From: a virus
Length of the DNA stretch: 64,000 nt
Strand: one strand, 5' to 3'
IMG/VR virus record: IMGVR_UViG_3300018868_001080
The notes under the pieces: generated by a model
Told to the model about the DNA's origin: nothing
The model's input: only the letters and a program-made list of their open reading frames with translations
The model's database searches: none
Shown here: positions 54,722-64,000 of the stretch, one piece after another
Layout: every line of letters starts with the position of its first letter
Position numbering within the stretch: position 1 is the stretch's first letter
Position numbers and translations under genes: made by a program

Positions 54722-55319
54722 CTACACACAGTCACCTTTCAATAAGCAACGCAAAGATAAATTTCTTTTTGTGATGTCTCTGCCTGAAGCCTTGAGAGAT
54801 ATCAACAAAAAAATTACTCGCTCCACTACAAACATTCAGTTCGATTCCATCTCTTTCTCAGTGTACGGCGTTGTGGTGCCAAGTGTATCCATAAATGAAG
54901 TTGCTACCAGATATGCAGGGCAAACCTTGCATGTATCTTCAGAATCACGGCCACCCTACACAAATGTCACTGTTAATTTCACTATAGATAACTATTTCAA
55001 CAACTACTGGGCAATATACAGCTGGTTGGATTTAATTAACAATCAAAAATATAATGACCTGGATAACAGGGATTTGGTAGCTGGTACCACATCAGAAGTG
55101 TACAAATCTATCTTTACTTTGTATGGTCTGGACGAGTATGACAACAGAGTTATTCAATTTGACTTCACAAAAGCATTTCCCACGTCTTTAGGAGAAATAA
55201 ATTATAGCTATAGAGATGCAGCTCAAATAGACACTTCTTTTGATTTTGCTTTTGATCAACTCATAACAAAATTGATAACTCCCACTGAAACACAACCAAC
55301 AACTACAACTAATTTATAA
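54711..55319 (+). CDS. tail-tube-fold protein, T4 gp3-like tail completion
   Basis: VNFTIDNYFNNYWAIYSW and FTKAFPTSLG. Confidence 0.6.
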   Translation: MSTNYTQSPFNKQRKDKFLFVMSLPEALRDINKKITRSTTNIQFDSISFSVYGVVVPSVSINEVATRYAGQTLHVSSESRPPYTNVTVNFTIDNYFNNYWAIYSWLDLINNQKYNDLDNRDLVAGTTSEVYKSIFTLYGLDEYDNRVIQFDFTKAFPTSLGEINYSYRDAAQIDTSFDFAFDQLITKLITPTETQPTTTTNL

Positions 55320-55346
55320 AAAGCAAAGAATTTTGTAACGAAAAGA

Positions 55347-55354
55347 TATAAATA
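55347..55354 (+). promoter_or_regulatory. late promoter TATAAATA
   Basis: 8 nt before the sheath ATG. Confidence 0.75.
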
Positions 55355-55362
55355 ATTTCAGT

Positions 55363-57672
55363 ATGGCAAGAACAATCCAAAGTCCCGGTGTACAAGTAAG
55401 CGAATTTGATTTTTCACTAAGAGCAGCAACCAACGATACAACCAATGTATTAGTTGCAGGATTTGCTGCACAAGGTCCCACATATGAACCCATTATAGTT
55501 TCGACACTTTCCGAATTTGAAGCAATATACGGCACACCCACAAATGGTGCTGAAAGGTATTTCTATCACACTGCAAAAGCTGTACTGGCAAGCCCTGCCA
55601 CAATTTATGCTAGCAGAATTGCATATGGCCCGGCTTTAGGTGATGGGTATGGATCCAAATACACTGCATTGGTTTATCCTGTGCGTGGCAAAGTTGCAGG
55701 CACTGGTGATATTCAGACAAATTTACAATTAATCAGTGGTGATGGAGACATGTATGTGTTGGGACGTCCCAACTTGGTTGAACTGTCAGATGTTGATTAC
55801 CAGAACATACAGAATGGCAGTGCATTCACATGGTCTGCAAATACTGACTCCAGCAACGGTGTCATTACTTCAGTTGGTAGCTTCGGTCAAGCAGGTGTAA
55901 TCATTATCAACAAGCAGAAGTACACCACCAATACAAATTTTGAGGGGTATTATGTTGGCTTGATTGACAACACAACAGTTAACCCACAAGTAGATTACCG
56001 TGGCATCAATGATGCACTCACAGTCAGCTTGACTGGTACCAGATCTGGCGGATTAAATTCCACATACACACCGCTGCTACCATCTAGACTCAATTTTGCA
56101 CTTAGCGCCACATTCACAGGCATTGATGGATCTGTGTCACAAGACATGGAGTTCACAACTTTCAACATTGGCACCACTGCATTCAGAGATTGCTTGAATG
56201 TTGGATTGTTCAAATTGAGACAAACCGTTTTCTCACCAACAGTGTTGCAACTAAGCAAATCACTGATGGAACCATATGTGGGTTCAATCAATTATTACCG
56301 CCAACAGTTTCCTGAGAATGGTGGCGCAGCACAGAGCTTCTTTATTGGTGATGTGGATGACACGTCCACATCAATTGAAATACTGGTTAACCCCTACGTT
56401 TCTAAAAGAGATTTAAGCACAAACAATTCTACCGCAGCTGGAAATCCTAAAGTAGCAATCCGCGTGTTGGGTAGTGGTCTTCGATATGATGCACAACTTG
56501 ATCCAACATTCACAGGCATCACACCCCAGCAAGTTGATTCGTTTATCGCATCAGGGGATGGGATTGGCGATGCAGGTGCATTGTTCCCTCTTGGTTCTTA
56601 CACACTGGATAATCCATACACAAAGAGTATTGGAAATGTGCCAGGCAAAGTTAATAAACTGTTACAAAAATTTGAGAATTATGATGTGTACCCACTGACA
56701 TTGACTGTTGAAGGCGGTCTTGGAACAATATATGCAAGTGCGTCCGCTAATAATGACATATTTGACGATTACAAATACATCACTGGTTACAATGGTTTAT
56801 CATCTTCAACTGGAATCACAGGTGATGCTAAAGGTTTGAGAGATTGCTATGCAAGTGTGTTTGAAGAATTCAGAGTGTTTGCACAGGATGTGCGCAAAGA
56901 TCACATGTTCATCGCTGATGCACCGTTGCCCATCTTTATTCAAGGCAAAAATGTTAAGACAATTGAAAGACCGGATACCAACTTCACATCCAACATCTAC
57001 TGGCCACTACGCAATGTGTATGACTCAGTTAATTCAAGCTATGTGTGCGTGTATGCCAATTGTGCCCGGGTGAACGACGCTGCATCAAGCGCACAAGTCT
57101 GGGTGCCTTTCTCAGGTTTTGCAGCAAACTTGATGGCAAGAACTGATACCAATTTCCAGCCATGGTTTGCACCAGCCGGGTTTAATCGTGGCAATGTTGC
57201 TGGAGCTGTTGACATTGCTCTGTACCCCAAGCAAAAGCAACGAGATCAATTATACAAGATTGGCATGAACCCAGTTGCATTCTTTCCTGCTGAGGGATTT
57301 GTTGTGTATGGACAGAAAACACTGCAACGGCAACCAAGTGCATTTGATCGCATCAATGTGCGCCGGTTGTTCATAAATCTTGAAACACTGGTACGCAACA
57401 CTGTGAAGAGTTTCATATTTGAACCCAACACATTGTTCACACGCACACAAGTGATTAACACAATAACACCATTTTTTGAGAATGCTAAAAATACTGCTGG
57501 TGTATATGACTACTTGATCATATGTGATGAAAAAAATAATACACCTTCTGTAATTGATGACAACACCATGGTTGTTGATATCTACCTCAAGCCTACCAGG
57601 ACAGCAGAGTATATCCTTGTGAACTTCTTTGCAACAAAGACAAGCCAGGACTTTAACGAAATTATTGCATAA
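55363..57672 (+). CDS. gp18: tail sheath protein
   Basis: SPGVQVSEFD, PWFAPAGFNRG, YGQKTL, FDRINVRRLF, FEPN. Confidence 0.96.
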   Translation: MARTIQSPGVQVSEFDFSLRAATNDTTNVLVAGFAAQGPTYEPIIVSTLSEFEAIYGTPTNGAERYFYHTAKAVLASPATIYASRIAYGPALGDGYGSKYTALVYPVRGKVAGTGDIQTNLQLISGDGDMYVLGRPNLVELSDVDYQNIQNGSAFTWSANTDSSNGVITSVGSFGQAGVIIINKQKYTTNTNFEGYYVGLIDNTTVNPQVDYRGINDALTVSLTGTRSGGLNSTYTPLLPSRLNFALSATFTGIDGSVSQDMEFTTFNIGTTAFRDCLNVGLFKLRQTVFSPTVLQLSKSLMEPYVGSINYYRQQFPENGGAAQSFFIGDVDDTSTSIEILVNPYVSKRDLSTNNSTAAGNPKVAIRVLGSGLRYDAQLDPTFTGITPQQVDSFIASGDGIGDAGALFPLGSYTLDNPYTKSIGNVPGKVNKLLQKFENYDVYPLTLTVEGGLGTIYASASANNDIFDDYKYITGYNGLSSSTGITGDAKGLRDCYASVFEEFRVFAQDVRKDHMFIADAPLPIFIQGKNVKTIERPDTNFTSNIYWPLRNVYDSVNSSYVCVYANCARVNDAASSAQVWVPFSGFAANLMARTDTNFQPWFAPAGFNRGNVAGAVDIALYPKQKQRDQLYKIGMNPVAFFPAEGFVVYGQKTLQRQPSAFDRINVRRLFINLETLVRNTVKSFIFEPNTLFTRTQVINTITPFFENAKNTAGVYDYLIICDEKNNTPSVIDDNTMVVDIYLKPTRTAEYILVNFFATKTSQDFNEIIA

Positions 57673-57676
57673 CGAA

Positions 57677-57682
57677 TAAATA
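57677..57682 (+). promoter_or_regulatory. late promoter core TAAATA
   Basis: 5 nt before the tube ATG. Confidence 0.65.
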
Positions 57683-57687
57683 TTTTT

Positions 57688-58233
57688 ATGGCAGATGTAA
57701 ATCAATTAATATCAGACTTCTACAGAGTAGCGCAAGAGAGAGATTTCGCGCGCGACTTTCAATTCAGAGTGCTTTCAATCAATGCTGGCGATTCTGGTGT
57801 AACTTTTGATAATAATGATTTGGTGTATATTCGTACTGCAACATTACCTGAGAGAGCAATTACAAACAAACAAGTACCTTACATGGGTCTTAATTTTAAC
57901 GTGCCAGGCAACGCTACATACCCAAACAGCGAAGCTTATCAAGTGGAGTTTTACGCAGATGCACAATCGCAACTCCGGCAGAAGTTTGAAGATTGGTCCA
58001 GAAGCACATTTGATGATGCCAACAGCACAGGCAATTATTTCACACCAAAACAGAATTCTACAATTGACTTGGTTCAACTTGATTCCAAACTTGCAAAAGT
58101 GGCTCAATATCAATTGGTGGGTGTTTCAGTGCGTAATGTTGGTGCACTCACATACAACATTGCTGACGGAACAGGTGAAATCCTAAGATTCACTGCCACA
58201 CTAGCTTATCATTACTGGAAAAGAGTCTCGTAA
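57688..58233 (+). CDS. gp19: tail tube protein
   Basis: Follows the sheath gene; ATLP, VPYMG, LRQKFEDW, QLD, FTATLAYHYW. Confidence 0.85.
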   Translation: MADVNQLISDFYRVAQERDFARDFQFRVLSINAGDSGVTFDNNDLVYIRTATLPERAITNKQVPYMGLNFNVPGNATYPNSEAYQVEFYADAQSQLRQKFEDWSRSTFDDANSTGNYFTPKQNSTIDLVQLDSKLAKVAQYQLVGVSVRNVGALTYNIADGTGEILRFTATLAYHYWKRVS

Positions 58234-58262
58234 TTCTCGCAACAGTTCATTAAATATTTTTA

Positions 58263-59189
58263 ATGAACAACCCCATAACAGACGCAGCGTCTGGCCTGGC
58301 TCAAAACGCACAAGGTTTAATTACAGGACAAAACCCACTATTTGCTCCACAAGTAACCAATTTATTTGGATTCAATATACCTGCAGTGCCTTTGATTGGT
58401 GTTCGCGATTACTTTCTCACACAAATGGAATCGTGGTCCACTTCCATTCCATTGCGCACACAATGGATTGTGTTGATTGACAGATACCCTGCAGCATTAA
58501 ATTCTAGAATTATACAAGGCCTGGAAATTATTGGTGGTGACAAAAAGGGGTATGACATTGACCCTGCATTGACCATACTCAAGAGCTACCCCCTGCAAAG
58601 AATCATAGGTTGTTTGTTTGCGTCATCTGTTTCCATCCCACCTGAAACTCTGGATACTGATTTTGCTACTATTAAAAATAACAGAGGATTTCTTGGTGGT
58701 CCAGTAAGTTCTGAGCGTCAGAAATACGGTTCTTTCTTGCGCATAGGATTCAGAGAGACCAACACATCATTTGTGGATGTGGTAATCAGGCCTTGGGTCA
58801 TACTGGCATCACACATGGGGTTTGCAGCTCGACCTGGCGACCTGGGTGGCAAGCGCGATTATTACAACGTCAAAACAGACATCACAATCATGCAGTATGC
58901 ACAAACCTATCAGAACATATCCATGGTGCCTAGAAAGGTTTGGCAGTTTTATAACTGTGTGCCAGTCACATTGGATGCAGAAGAAGCTGTGTATGATCCT
59001 AGTGGTGAGGTGCTCGATATTTTTCAAACAAGCTGGATATTTTCTCACTACACTGTGACACCCAACTTGTATTTCCCACTTGTCAACATAATTAAGCGTA
59101 TAGAACAAGGTCAGCTACCAGTTATCTCACCAGTGCAGAGCGGGTTCCAGGGCGGTTTTGGTAGTATTAACCCGTTCGGCTTGATATGA
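58263..59189 (+). CDS. tube-fold baseplate protein (gp54-like)
   Basis: SVSIPPE, GFRETN, WQFYNCVP; TAAATA at 58251-58256. Confidence 0.55.
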   Translation: MNNPITDAASGLAQNAQGLITGQNPLFAPQVTNLFGFNIPAVPLIGVRDYFLTQMESWSTSIPLRTQWIVLIDRYPAALNSRIIQGLEIIGGDKKGYDIDPALTILKSYPLQRIIGCLFASSVSIPPETLDTDFATIKNNRGFLGGPVSSERQKYGSFLRIGFRETNTSFVDVVIRPWVILASHMGFAARPGDLGGKRDYYNVKTDITIMQYAQTYQNISMVPRKVWQFYNCVPVTLDAEEAVYDPSGEVLDIFQTSWIFSHYTVTPNLYFPLVNIIKRIEQGQLPVISPVQSGFQGGFGSINPFGLI

Positions 59190-60076
59190 TCAATAGATTT
59201 AAATTAAAATTATATGTTCCCAGCTTAGACGACAGAGTTTATTTTGATGAACTCAAGAATTTTTATCTGTTAAATATTCTCAAGTTTACAACAAACAAAG
59301 ATAGCAAAGGGCTTGCTGAATACTTTGAGTATGTTATCAGGGATCTAATACAAGACAAGTCTCTGTTTCATCAGTTAGATAGCTTTGATAAATTTATTAT
59401 ATTATTACAATTCAAAGCAATTAATATAAACCCTGAATTAAAGTTTAAAATAAATGTCAAAGACGAGAGCAAGGTGCTGGCATATGATATTTTTCAAGAA
59501 ATAAAAAATTTAACTGAAGCTAAGCTAGTCAAGGAGAAGGTACTCAAAATCGATCACAATTTTTCTGTACACTTGAGCATACCATTGAAACTTTACATTG
59601 AAAATTTTGATGATGTTTTTCTTAATTGCATAAAATTTGTAAAAATAGATGATCAAAGCTTTAGCTTTGATGCGCTCACTGATGACGAACAAAACCAAAT
59701 ATTTGAAAGCATATCTGGTAGCTTCTTAAATCAAATCATGGAATTTTTAAATGAAAGCAAGAAGAGTTGCCAGAACGTTAATTTTCTTAAAGTTAATAAC
59801 TACATTGAAGAGCTCAACAGCTTGAAGTTAGATTTTTTTAATAATTCCATGCTGGGTTTTCTTGAATTGATATACTCTGAAGATTTAAAAAATTTATTTG
59901 AATTAATCTACGTTTTAATTAATAAGGTTAAGCTGGGCTTGACAGAATTCTACGACTTGGTACCATCCGAATCATTATTACTCTATGCACTCTATGCAAA
60001 AGATGTTAAAACACAGAACGAAGAGATGGAAAAATCAACCAAAAAATCTAGCATACCGTTGCAAACTTCGCCATAA
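59186..60076 (+). CDS. baseplate hub assembly protein (gp26-like)
   Basis: LYVPSL N-terminus shared with the next ORF; tail context. Confidence 0.45.
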   Translation: MINRFKLKLYVPSLDDRVYFDELKNFYLLNILKFTTNKDSKGLAEYFEYVIRDLIQDKSLFHQLDSFDKFIILLQFKAININPELKFKINVKDESKVLAYDIFQEIKNLTEAKLVKEKVLKIDHNFSVHLSIPLKLYIENFDDVFLNCIKFVKIDDQSFSFDALTDDEQNQIFESISGSFLNQIMEFLNESKKSCQNVNFLKVNNYIEELNSLKLDFFNNSMLGFLELIYSEDLKNLFELIYVLINKVKLGLTEFYDLVPSESLLLYALYAKDVKTQNEEMEKSTKKSSIPLQTSP

Positions 60077-60092
60077 CCTTTAAATAGTTGTA

Positions 60093-60869
60093 ATGAGCTC
60101 AGATATCCTGCTGCAAAAGCTTAAAGAAATAAGCAACAAAAGCATAGATGTTTATATACCTTCTTTAGATAGGGACATACCTTTCAAGTCCCTTAACATC
60201 AAACAACAAAAAGAAATCATAAAGGCTTCTTTTGATAAGAACATACCAGGTATTTCTTTCAACAACATTTTAAATAGCATAATCAAAGAGAATTGTCAAG
60301 AGCAGCACATGGAATTGCTTGTTACAGACAGACCATCCATTGCCATTGCATTGCGTAAAAACATTTTTGGAACCAAGATTAAGAATGCAGTTAAAACTGA
60401 AACACTGGATGAAGAGAGTGTTGAGTTTGATCTTGAACAAGTAATCCAAACAAAAGCCAAGCTTGACATCACCACACTAAGAACAGTTAAATCGGATGTG
60501 CTTGAAGTGCAATTAAAAATACCCACACTTGCTACTGACAGCCGGGTCAACAAAGAAAGCCAAAAAGTGTTGTCACACCTGGTTGAGCAAAACAATACCA
60601 TCAAAGATCTCATCAGTGAATTGTTTGTGTATGAGCTTGTGAAATTCATTGATTATGTGGAAGTGCTTGACGTAGGCAAGGTGATTTTTGCAGAAATTAA
60701 TGTGGCAGATCAAATTAATATTGTGGAAAGCCTGACTGCAGAGGTGAACAAGAATATAATGGAATACATTGAACAAATAAGAGCTTTTGAAAAGAAATAC
60801 CTCTCTTTCACCAAGAATAACAAAGAATACAATATCAATTTAGACGCATCATTCTTTAGTAACGAATAA
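60093..60869 (+). CDS. baseplate hub assembly protein (gp26-like)
   Basis: YIPSLDRDIPFKSLNIKQQKEI, IALR, C-terminal SFF; TAAATA at 60081-60086. Confidence 0.6.
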   Translation: MSSDILLQKLKEISNKSIDVYIPSLDRDIPFKSLNIKQQKEIIKASFDKNIPGISFNNILNSIIKENCQEQHMELLVTDRPSIAIALRKNIFGTKIKNAVKTETLDEESVEFDLEQVIQTKAKLDITTLRTVKSDVLEVQLKIPTLATDSRVNKESQKVLSHLVEQNNTIKDLISELFVYELVKFIDYVEVLDVGKVIFAEINVADQINIVESLTAEVNKNIMEYIEQIRAFEKKYLSFTKNNKEYNINLDASFFSNE

Positions 60870-60883
60870 GTATTGTTATACTT

Positions 60884-62779
60884 ATGGCGGATAATATTGA
60901 CGTAGCTCAAGTGGTAGGAGATCTAGTCACTGCACTAGACAAAATGAATATCAAGCTTGATAAAATGCAAGCTGATTCAGTTTATATAGACGAATTTAAG
61001 AAGAGCAAGAATGCAAAGTTTAAGACGTTTGCCGATTTAATTAAGAAAGAATTCAAAGACTATCTAAAGAACATGTTGGTTCCTGCTGGAGGCATTGCGA
61101 CTTCCAAGACAGGCAAGCAAGAAGGGCAAGCTTCAGATTTAGCTGAATCAGGTGCAGAGAAGATAGGCGGTCCCATTTCAAAAGTAAGAGTTGAAGAAAT
61201 AAATCCTGCAGTTTTTAAAATGCTTCGCGATCTTCTCAGAGACACATTCAAGCAAAAAGAAGAAAAAGAAGAAATAAAAAAGAAAGGTGGCATGGTCTGG
61301 ATTTTTGGTTTGCTAGCTCTGCTCAGTGGTGTCATAGTAGGTGTCATTGAGTGGATTCGTGAGCGCTTTAAAATGATCAAATCAATGCTCAGAGGACTCA
61401 AAATATTTGAATGGATAGCGGATGGTTTTAGATTTCTGAGGTCCAGAATATTTGCAGCTGCAGAGTTCATTTACAAACAGCTCAAAGAAACCAGGTTGTT
61501 CAAATCACTGGAACGAATTTGGGAAGGCATCATTGCATCCATCCGTGAGTCTAGTTTTGTTAAAAAGCTTAGAACCTTTTTCAGTGAAGAGTCGTTTGTT
61601 GGCAGACTGTTTAAAAACATGGGTGCTTTCTTCAAGGGTGAAGGACGCGCAGGTGGTGTCGTGCGATCCATTGGCAGAGTATTTGAAATTATGAAGAATG
61701 CTTTGCGTGGTGTGGGTGGTGTGATAAAGAGTCTCATAGGTGCAATCAAGGGTGCAGGTGCATTTGTCATGAATCTCATCAAGCGCTCTCCAATGTTTGC
61801 CATAGGCAAGACCATAGGCAGATTGCTTGGTCCATTGTTCATTGTGTTTGAACTTATTACCAACACAATTGACAGCATCAAGCAACAAGGGTTCACTTTC
61901 AAAGCAGTACTTGATGGTGTGTTGGGTGGATTGCTCAGTTTCTTTACACTGGGAATACTAAACTTTGAGAACATTAAAAAGTTAACTGATCAAATATCTG
62001 CGGCTTTTCAGGAAGGCAATTTTGTGGAAGGCATATTGCGAATACTTTTAGGAATTCCTGATTTGATATTTCAGGGCATAGGCAAAATAGCCACATGGAT
62101 ATCTGGTTTTTTTGGTGATGATATAAAGAAGAAAGTAGAAAATTTTTTTAACGTTTCTTTTACCGACAAGGTGCTGCTAGTTATTAAAGATGTGATGAAT
62201 GTTCTGCTATGGCCTATTAACAAGACATTAGAAATTTTAAAGAATGTGTTCAACATAGATGTAGTAAAGTGGTTGAGAGAACATGTGCCTGCACCATTGC
62301 TAGGTATCTTTGATAAAATAGTAAAGGGCGCAACTGATACAAAAGAAAGACCGGCACAGCCCATGGATCAAACAAAATTAGATCAAGCTAAAATTGCAAA
62401 AGAAGAGCAAAAAGCTGGTAGCATGTTTGATTGGTTTAACAAAAAAGATGAAGATCAACCTGTGGGTATTGAAAAAGTTGAAGACAATGATTACGCTGAA
62501 GATGATGAGTATACAAAAGCTTCTGATCTGCCTCTTGTAACAACAGGCAGAGCTCCAGAATTAACAGCAAACAAATTAACACAAGAAAATATTTTTGACA
62601 GTGATAAAATTATTGCAGTATTGCAAAAACAGCTGGAAATAATGACACAAACTAAGAATTATCTGGAAACTCTCAAATCTACTAATAATGTTGCAACCAG
62701 TGTGAACAATCAAAGTGTTGTTAATATGAGCGGCAATTCTGGTGTATCATCTTGGCGCCAAGGTGTTATTGCAAGATAA
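60884..62779 (+). CDS. tape-measure/baseplate hub-like protein
   Basis: Long amphipathic helical sequence with periodic F/W, a hydrophobic segment and an Asn-rich end; tail context. Confidence 0.55.
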   Translation: MADNIDVAQVVGDLVTALDKMNIKLDKMQADSVYIDEFKKSKNAKFKTFADLIKKEFKDYLKNMLVPAGGIATSKTGKQEGQASDLAESGAEKIGGPISKVRVEEINPAVFKMLRDLLRDTFKQKEEKEEIKKKGGMVWIFGLLALLSGVIVGVIEWIRERFKMIKSMLRGLKIFEWIADGFRFLRSRIFAAAEFIYKQLKETRLFKSLERIWEGIIASIRESSFVKKLRTFFSEESFVGRLFKNMGAFFKGEGRAGGVVRSIGRVFEIMKNALRGVGGVIKSLIGAIKGAGAFVMNLIKRSPMFAIGKTIGRLLGPLFIVFELITNTIDSIKQQGFTFKAVLDGVLGGLLSFFTLGILNFENIKKLTDQISAAFQEGNFVEGILRILLGIPDLIFQGIGKIATWISGFFGDDIKKKVENFFNVSFTDKVLLVIKDVMNVLLWPINKTLEILKNVFNIDVVKWLREHVPAPLLGIFDKIVKGATDTKERPAQPMDQTKLDQAKIAKEEQKAGSMFDWFNKKDEDQPVGIEKVEDNDYAEDDEYTKASDLPLVTTGRAPELTANKLTQENIFDSDKIIAVLQKQLEIMTQTKNYLETLKSTNNVATSVNNQSVVNMSGNSGVSSWRQGVIAR

Positions 62780-62799
62780 TTGCTTGATTAAATAATAAT

Positions 62800-64000
62800 A
62801 TGGCTTCTTCTTATCTATGGCAGTTTTCGCAGGATCTCTCGAAAACAAAAATATACAAAAGCACGCCACCCACTCTCATCCCTGCCAATACTAGAGCTGT
62901 TAATTCTGAAAGCCCCAATTATCTTAAATCTTCTTTTGCAACCCCATATAATGTGGATGTGGTAAACTCCTTCTATTGGACTATACAGAATCCAAAGACA
63001 CGGGCAGGCCAGCTGTACAGAAATGAAGTACCCAGAATAGAACTAATAGAAAAAAGAATTAAAATCAATGCAATTGTAAATCAAGCATTCTATGCAATTG
63101 CAACTGGTGTGTCAAAGACTGGTGATGTATCCAATGAAGTTGGACAATTTTTTAGTGATCAAGCAACAAAAATAAATGGCACCGGTGGCAGTTTGTTGGG
63201 TGGATTAGGCTCCAACATTACAAATGCAGTAGATTTTTTAAAAGACGGAGTCAGCAAATTAACTTCAAAAGTTGGGCTTACTAAAGATTTTAACGGAGTA
63301 TTGGCGCCATATGAGGGGTTATATTTAACTGAAGACACTGGGTGGAAATACAACATACCGTATTTTGAGAACTTAAGCAATGAAGTGAGCAATGTATTCG
63401 GTGATTTGGATGGTAGTGCTTTTGCTGAACTGGCTCAAGGCATAGGCGCTTTTGTGAAAGCAGGTACCGATTTTATTAACATCAAAGAGCCTGGCACATA
63501 CATTGAAAGAACAAAAATGTTTCAGTTTGCTGATGGAGGCGATGACATTACTTTCGAGTTCCCACTGATTAATACAGGCAATGCTACTTTTATTGATGTG
63601 GTAAGAAATTGGCAGTTAATATTTCTACTCATATATCAGAACAGACCTCAAAGAATTTCAAGAGACATTATTGAACCATGTGTATTATATGAAGCGTTAA
63701 TACCAGGCATCAAGTACACACCCTTTGCCTATATCAAAAGATTGAATGTGGAATTTGTGGGTGCCAGGAGAACCATGTCCTTGCCCATACCTCAAATTGG
63801 ATCTGGTGGACAAGTGCTAACAAATTCAGAAAGCTTTGAAACCATTATTCCAGATGCATACAAAGTTTCAATTACACTCACAAGCCTAGTTGCTGAAACA
63901 AGGAATTTTCTTTACTCCATGCTATATGAAAAGAAGAATCTGGTGTCTGCTTCCACTCGCAGTGGAGACATTGGCAGCATCTTAAATACTATAGGCACAG
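62800..64000 (+). CDS. baseplate protein (gp48-like), runs off the window
   Basis: Hand translation MASSYLWQFSQD...ITFEFPLINT...AYIKRLNVEF is open to the window end; TAAATA at 62789-62794. Confidence 0.55.
   Translation, partial: MASSYLWQFSQDLSKTKIYKSTPPTLIPANTRAVNSESPNYLKSSFATPYNVDVVNSFYWTIQNPKTRAGQLYRNEVPRIELIEKRIKINAIVNQAFYAIATGVSKTGDVSNEVGQFFSDQATKINGTGGSLLGGLGSNITNAVDFLKDGVSKLTSKVGLTKDFNGVLAPYEGLYLTEDTGWKYNIPYFENLSNEVSNVFGDLDGSAFAELAQGIGAFVKAGTDFINIKEPGTYIERTKMFQFADGGDDITFEFPLINTGNATFIDVVRNWQLIFLLIYQNRPQRISRDIIEPCVLYEALIPGIKYTPFAYIKRLNVEFVGARRTMSLPIPQIGSGGQVLTNSESFETIIPDAYKVSITLTSLVAETRNFLYSMLYEKKNLVSASTRSGDIGSILNTIGT

Noticed and set aside
63159-63392. Minus-strand 77-aa ORF
   Set aside because: Antisense to the long plus-strand frame starting at 62800, which has a late promoter and baseplate context
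1-64000. Stop-codon reassignment
   Set aside because: Core genes are full length in the standard code, coding density is high, and TAA, TGA and TAG all end genes
1-64000. tRNA or other structured RNA genes
   Set aside because: Intergenic gaps are mostly under 60 nt and no cloverleaf pattern was noticed; a covariance-model scan was not possible

Overview
A 64-kb segment of a large, AT-rich, T4-like (myovirus) phage genome. No tRNA, rRNA, CRISPR array, integrase or host-chromosome block was seen. From left to right: (1) 1-10 kb, a minus-strand glycan-biosynthesis island of about nine glycosyltransferase-like genes and an SDR epimerase, containing a four-gene cassette of nucleotidyltransferase, cupin, form IV-type RuBisCO-like protein and GDPD-fold protein. 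(2) 10-26 kb, an accessory region with folE, queD, queE, phoH, an AsnB-like amidotransferase, a 911-aa Thr/Pro-stalk repeat protein and many small late genes sharing a T4 capsid-targeting-like N-terminus. (3) 26-49 kb, the T4-like replication/recombination core (uvsY, uvsW, gp55, gp47, gp46, gp43, uvsX, gp41, gp32, gp45, gp61), interrupted by a queC-Gat-glycosyltransferase block, ribosomal protein bS21, and a methyltransferase flanked by a duplicated gp45 3' end. (4) 51-64 kb, neck, terminase, tail and baseplate genes. The most striking pattern is regulatory. Many first genes of transcription units have either TTGnnn-N16-TAnnnT or a late TAA(A/G)TA box ending only 4-9 nt before the start codon, with no Shine-Dalgarno, and internal genes often overlap stop/start codons. 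This suggests a largely leaderless, SD-independent expression programme in a phage that also encodes bS21. All calls come from motif reading and synteny by eye; no database search was run. Several starts were moved downstream of the ORF-track starts on promoter or overlap evidence.
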